A stretch of DNA of 64,000 nt from an uncultured Gammaproteobacteria bacterium. Lineage in GTDB: Bacteria > Pseudomonadota > Gammaproteobacteria > UBA9214. Below, piece by piece: positions 61,373-64,000 of this stretch. The position numbers and the translations under genes were made by a program. The stretch lies in the NCBI GenBank assembly GCA_963773065.1, contig CAVYZN010000028.1:1-64000 (forward strand), in the 5' to 3' direction. How positions within the stretch are numbered: position 1 is the stretch's first letter; every line of letters begins with the position of its first letter. Below the pieces are notes generated by a model, which saw only the letters and a program-made list of their open reading frames with translations, did no database searches and had not been told where the DNA came from.

Positions 61373-61574
61373 CAGGCGATCCTCGTGTAATGGAGTATAA
61401 GAACAATAAACGCCCTCTTCCCCCACGTCCACGGGTAGTTCGCGGGTAACGGGACACCGTTTTTCCTGCCATCGCCACGAATTCTTGACTCCATCCCGCT
61501 TCCCCGGCCGAAAAATCCTCCCGCATTACCTACACTTTGACGCCGATCCCGGCCGTCAGACCAACCGCTTCCCT

Positions 61575-61693
61575 CGGCAACTGCTCCATGCGTCGCCTAA
61601 GGCGCCTACTTTTGGTGCCCTACCTCCGCGGCAACTGCTCCCTACGTTACCCTACCTCCTACATCCCTGTAGTCGTGCATCCATGCAGTCGTG
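61575..61693 (+). repeat. Nested copies of a GGCAACTGCTCC...CATCC(C/A)TG..GTCGT repeat
   Basis: Two ggcaactgctcc heads and two catcc-tg-agtcgt tails; reverse complement of the insert at 7932-8016. Confidence 0.75.
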
Positions 61694-61870
61694 CCCTTGC
61701 ATCAGGTTCGCAGCCATGCGAGTTGAGGAGTAGGTTTCCCGCGTGTCAGTCGAAGAGGCTCGCTCGCGGAGGGGCCCCGCAGAAATTTGAACATCGCTGG
61801 CCTGAACTTCGGTCGGAAGTATGCGTTCAGGTCGCTGGACCACCCAGGACGGGCTCGAATGGCAAAGTCT

Positions 61871-61957
61871 GTTAAGGGTTGTAAGATGCCTGCCCCCAGC
61901 CGCAGGCCTGTGAGGCTACACATGAACTCAACGGGCAGGCGTCTGACAACCCTTAAC
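61871..61957. repeat. 25-bp imperfect inverted repeat, MITE-like
   Basis: gttaagggttgtaagatgcctgccc / gggcaggcgtctgacaacccttaac. Confidence 0.7.
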
Positions 61958-62205
61958 AATCTCTGACGTTGTCATACCCTGGTACGGTGCGGATCGCATC
62001 GCTACCTTAATAAACCGACTCCACAGCCATCCCCACCGAGCCTCACAGAACTGATTCCCACCATCTTCTCCTCTCCATCCCACGCAATAGGCGCGGGCAT
62101 CGGCGGTAACAGCAGCCAGCCATTTAACCCGGCCGCTTTGGCCATGTCGTCCGTTTCGCTCAGCACACTATCCTCTCCGACAAGACGATCAGCCCGCCGG
62201 CCGGC

Positions 62206-64000
62206 CTATTCCGCCGGAGGAACCTTTTTATCCCCGCCCTTCCCGCCCGCCGCCGCGACCGGTTGGGCGCGCAGCAACTCCCGCCAGTTGACCAGGATGG
62301 AGGGCATGGCCTCGGGCGCATCGGCCAGTTGCGCCGCGGCCCAGGCGGCGGTCCGCCGCGCCGCTTGCGTATAGCGTTCATCCCCCGTCACCCGGCCGAG
62401 AGCGAGCAGCGCCTGGATGGCCACGCCATTGACCGACAGGCTCGCCCCGTCGTTCACCTCCTTTTCGCGCAGCCACAAGCCGCTGTCCGCCGTGGTTCGA
62501 TAGAAGCCGCCGTGATCGACATCCTGGTAGCGTTCCAGCATGCCATCCGCCAGTCGGCGCGCCGTCGCCAGCCAGCGCGGCTCGCCGCTTGTCTCGTACA
62601 GCCCCAGCAATCCCGCGACGAGGGCCGCGTAATCCTCGCAGAAACCCGGCACACCGCGCACACCCTGGCGCCAATCGCGGTACAGCATACCCGTCCCATT
62701 ATCGTATAGGTTCTCCAGGATGAAGCCGGCCGCGGCGCCGGCCGCGGCGGTGTAACGCGGCTCATCGAGCAGCCGCCCCGAGAGCGCCAGCGTGTCGATC
62801 AGGTAACCGTTCCAGACCGTGACGATCTTGTCATCGACCGGTACGGCGGGACGAAGTTGCCGGGCATTCAACAGTCGTCGCTCGACCTCGGCGGTGCGCT
62901 GCTTGGCCGTCTCGATATCCACCCCGAATTGCCGCGCGAGCGCCTCGGTGTCCATCGCCAGGTAGGGCACGTTCCTGCCCGCGAGTTCACCCAGCGGATC
63001 ATCCTGCGCATTACCCGACTCGGTGAGGCCGTAACGCGCCGCCGCCCATTGGCGCAGTTCCCCTTCGCCGAGCGCCCCGGTGAGCTGTCGCCAGTTCCAG
63101 GTGTAATACGCCCCCTCCTGCGGTCGACCGGCTGGGTCCGACTCGGCCGGACTGTCGGCGCTCAAGGCGGACCAGAAGCCGCCGCCGGGGGCACGCAGAT
63201 GCGCCAGCGTGGAATCGAGGGTCTTGCGCGCCACCTCGGCATACTTTTGTTCCCCGCTCCGGCGCCAGGCAATGAGGTAAGCGCGCGCGATCAATGCCTG
63301 GTCGTAGAGCATCTTCTCGAAATGCGGCACGCGCCATTCAAAATCCGTGGCATAGCGGTGGAAGCCGCCCCCCAGTTGATCATGGATACCGCCGGCGGCC
63401 ATGTGATCCAGCGTGTGCAGGGCCATGGCCGCACTGGCCGGATCGTCGTCCTGCAGCAGGAAAAACAACCGCGCCGGCTGCGGAAACTTGGGCGCCGGGC
63501 CGAAGCCACCCTGCACCTCATCGTAGTCTGCCGCCATCTGCCGGCGCGCCTCGACCGGCAGCGCCTCGCTCAGCTTCACTGACGGAGCGGCCGAGGACTC
63601 CTGCTGGCGCAGCACGGCCACCGCCCGCTCCCCGGTCTCGCGCAGGCTCTTCGCCTCCGTGGCCCAGAGCCCGGCCAGCCGGGTCAGTAACTGTTTCATG
63701 CCAATACGGCCCATGGCGTCGTCCGGGGGAATATAGGTGCCGCCGAGAAACGGGTAGCCCTCCGGCGTCGCCCATACGGACAGCGGCCAGCCGCCCTGGC
63801 CGCGCGTGGCGATGACATAGGCCATGTAGGCGGCGTCCACGTCCGGGCGCTGCTCGCGGTCCACCTTGACGGCGACGAAATGCGCATTCAGCAGGGCGGC
63901 GATTTCCGGATTGCTAAATGATTCACGCGCCATGACATGGCACCAGTGACAGGTGAAATAGCCGATGGAGATGAACAGCGGCTTGTTTTCCCGGCGCGCC
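62206..64000 (-). CDS. YyaL/SSP411-like thioredoxin-domain protein (5' end outside window)
   Basis: SIGYFTCHWCHVMARESF, KVDREQRPD, GGWP, APKFP, PHFEKMLYDQA. Confidence 0.94.
   Translation of the reverse strand, partial: ARRENKPLFISIGYFTCHWCHVMARESFSNPEIAALLNAHFVAVKVDREQRPDVDAAYMAYVIATRGQGGWPLSVWATPEGYPFLGGTYIPPDDAMGRIGMKQLLTRLAGLWATEAKSLRETGERAVAVLRQQESSAAPSVKLSEALPVEARRQMAADYDEVQGGFGPAPKFPQPARLFFLLQDDDPASAAMALHTLDHMAAGGIHDQLGGGFHRYATDFEWRVPHFEKMLYDQALIARAYLIAWRRSGEQKYAEVARKTLDSTLAHLRAPGGGFWSALSADSPAESDPAGRPQEGAYYTWNWRQLTGALGEGELRQWAAARYGLTESGNAQDDPLGELAGRNVPYLAMDTEALARQFGVDIETAKQRTAEVERRLLNARQLRPAVPVDDKIVTVWNGYLIDTLALSGRLLDEPRYTAAAGAAAGFILENLYDNGTGMLYRDWRQGVRGVPGFCEDYAALVAGLLGLYETSGEPRWLATARRLADGMLERYQDVDHGGFYRTTADSGLWLREKEVNDGASLSVNGVAIQALLALGRVTGDERYTQAARRTAAWAAAQLADAPEAMPSILVNWRELLRAQPVAAAGGKGGDKKVPPAE

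Noticed and set aside
61560-61700. CRISPR array
   Set aside because: Only two or three irregular nested repeat units, no regular spacers and no cas genes

Overview
GC-rich, mostly core chromosomal window. Gene content and order (smc-zipA-ligA, tldD-nit-yhdP-rng-maf-rlmH-rsfS-nadD-proA-holA-lptE-leuS, lnt-corC-ybeY-ybeZ-miaB, rnpB, glgA, ppc) point to a gammaproteobacterium. Many essential genes carry single-base frameshifts, so this is most likely unpolished long-read sequence. Four features stand out. (1) A complete IS110-family (IS1111-like) element at 42349-43837 has inserted into a REP-type repeat whose empty copy survives at 46207-46235. Its 3' non-coding region holds two stem-loops whose internal loops match the target and the donor junction, as expected of a bridge/seek RNA. 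It lies in a REP-rich island with a RAYT transposase and two cargo genes. (2) The RNase P RNA gene carries a REP-like inverted repeat as its P3 helix, and this repeat contains the same target motif. (3) A low-GC island (about 21.1-24.7 kb) holds two attC-bounded cassettes (a PIN-domain protein and a GIY-YIG-like nuclease), no integrase, and a broken BrnT/BrnA pair. (4) A diverged ~5 kb tandem duplication covers cysZ, an aminotransferase, cbbY, dksA, gluQ and the 5' end of acs. All calls come from reading the sequence by eye; no searches or folding programs were run.
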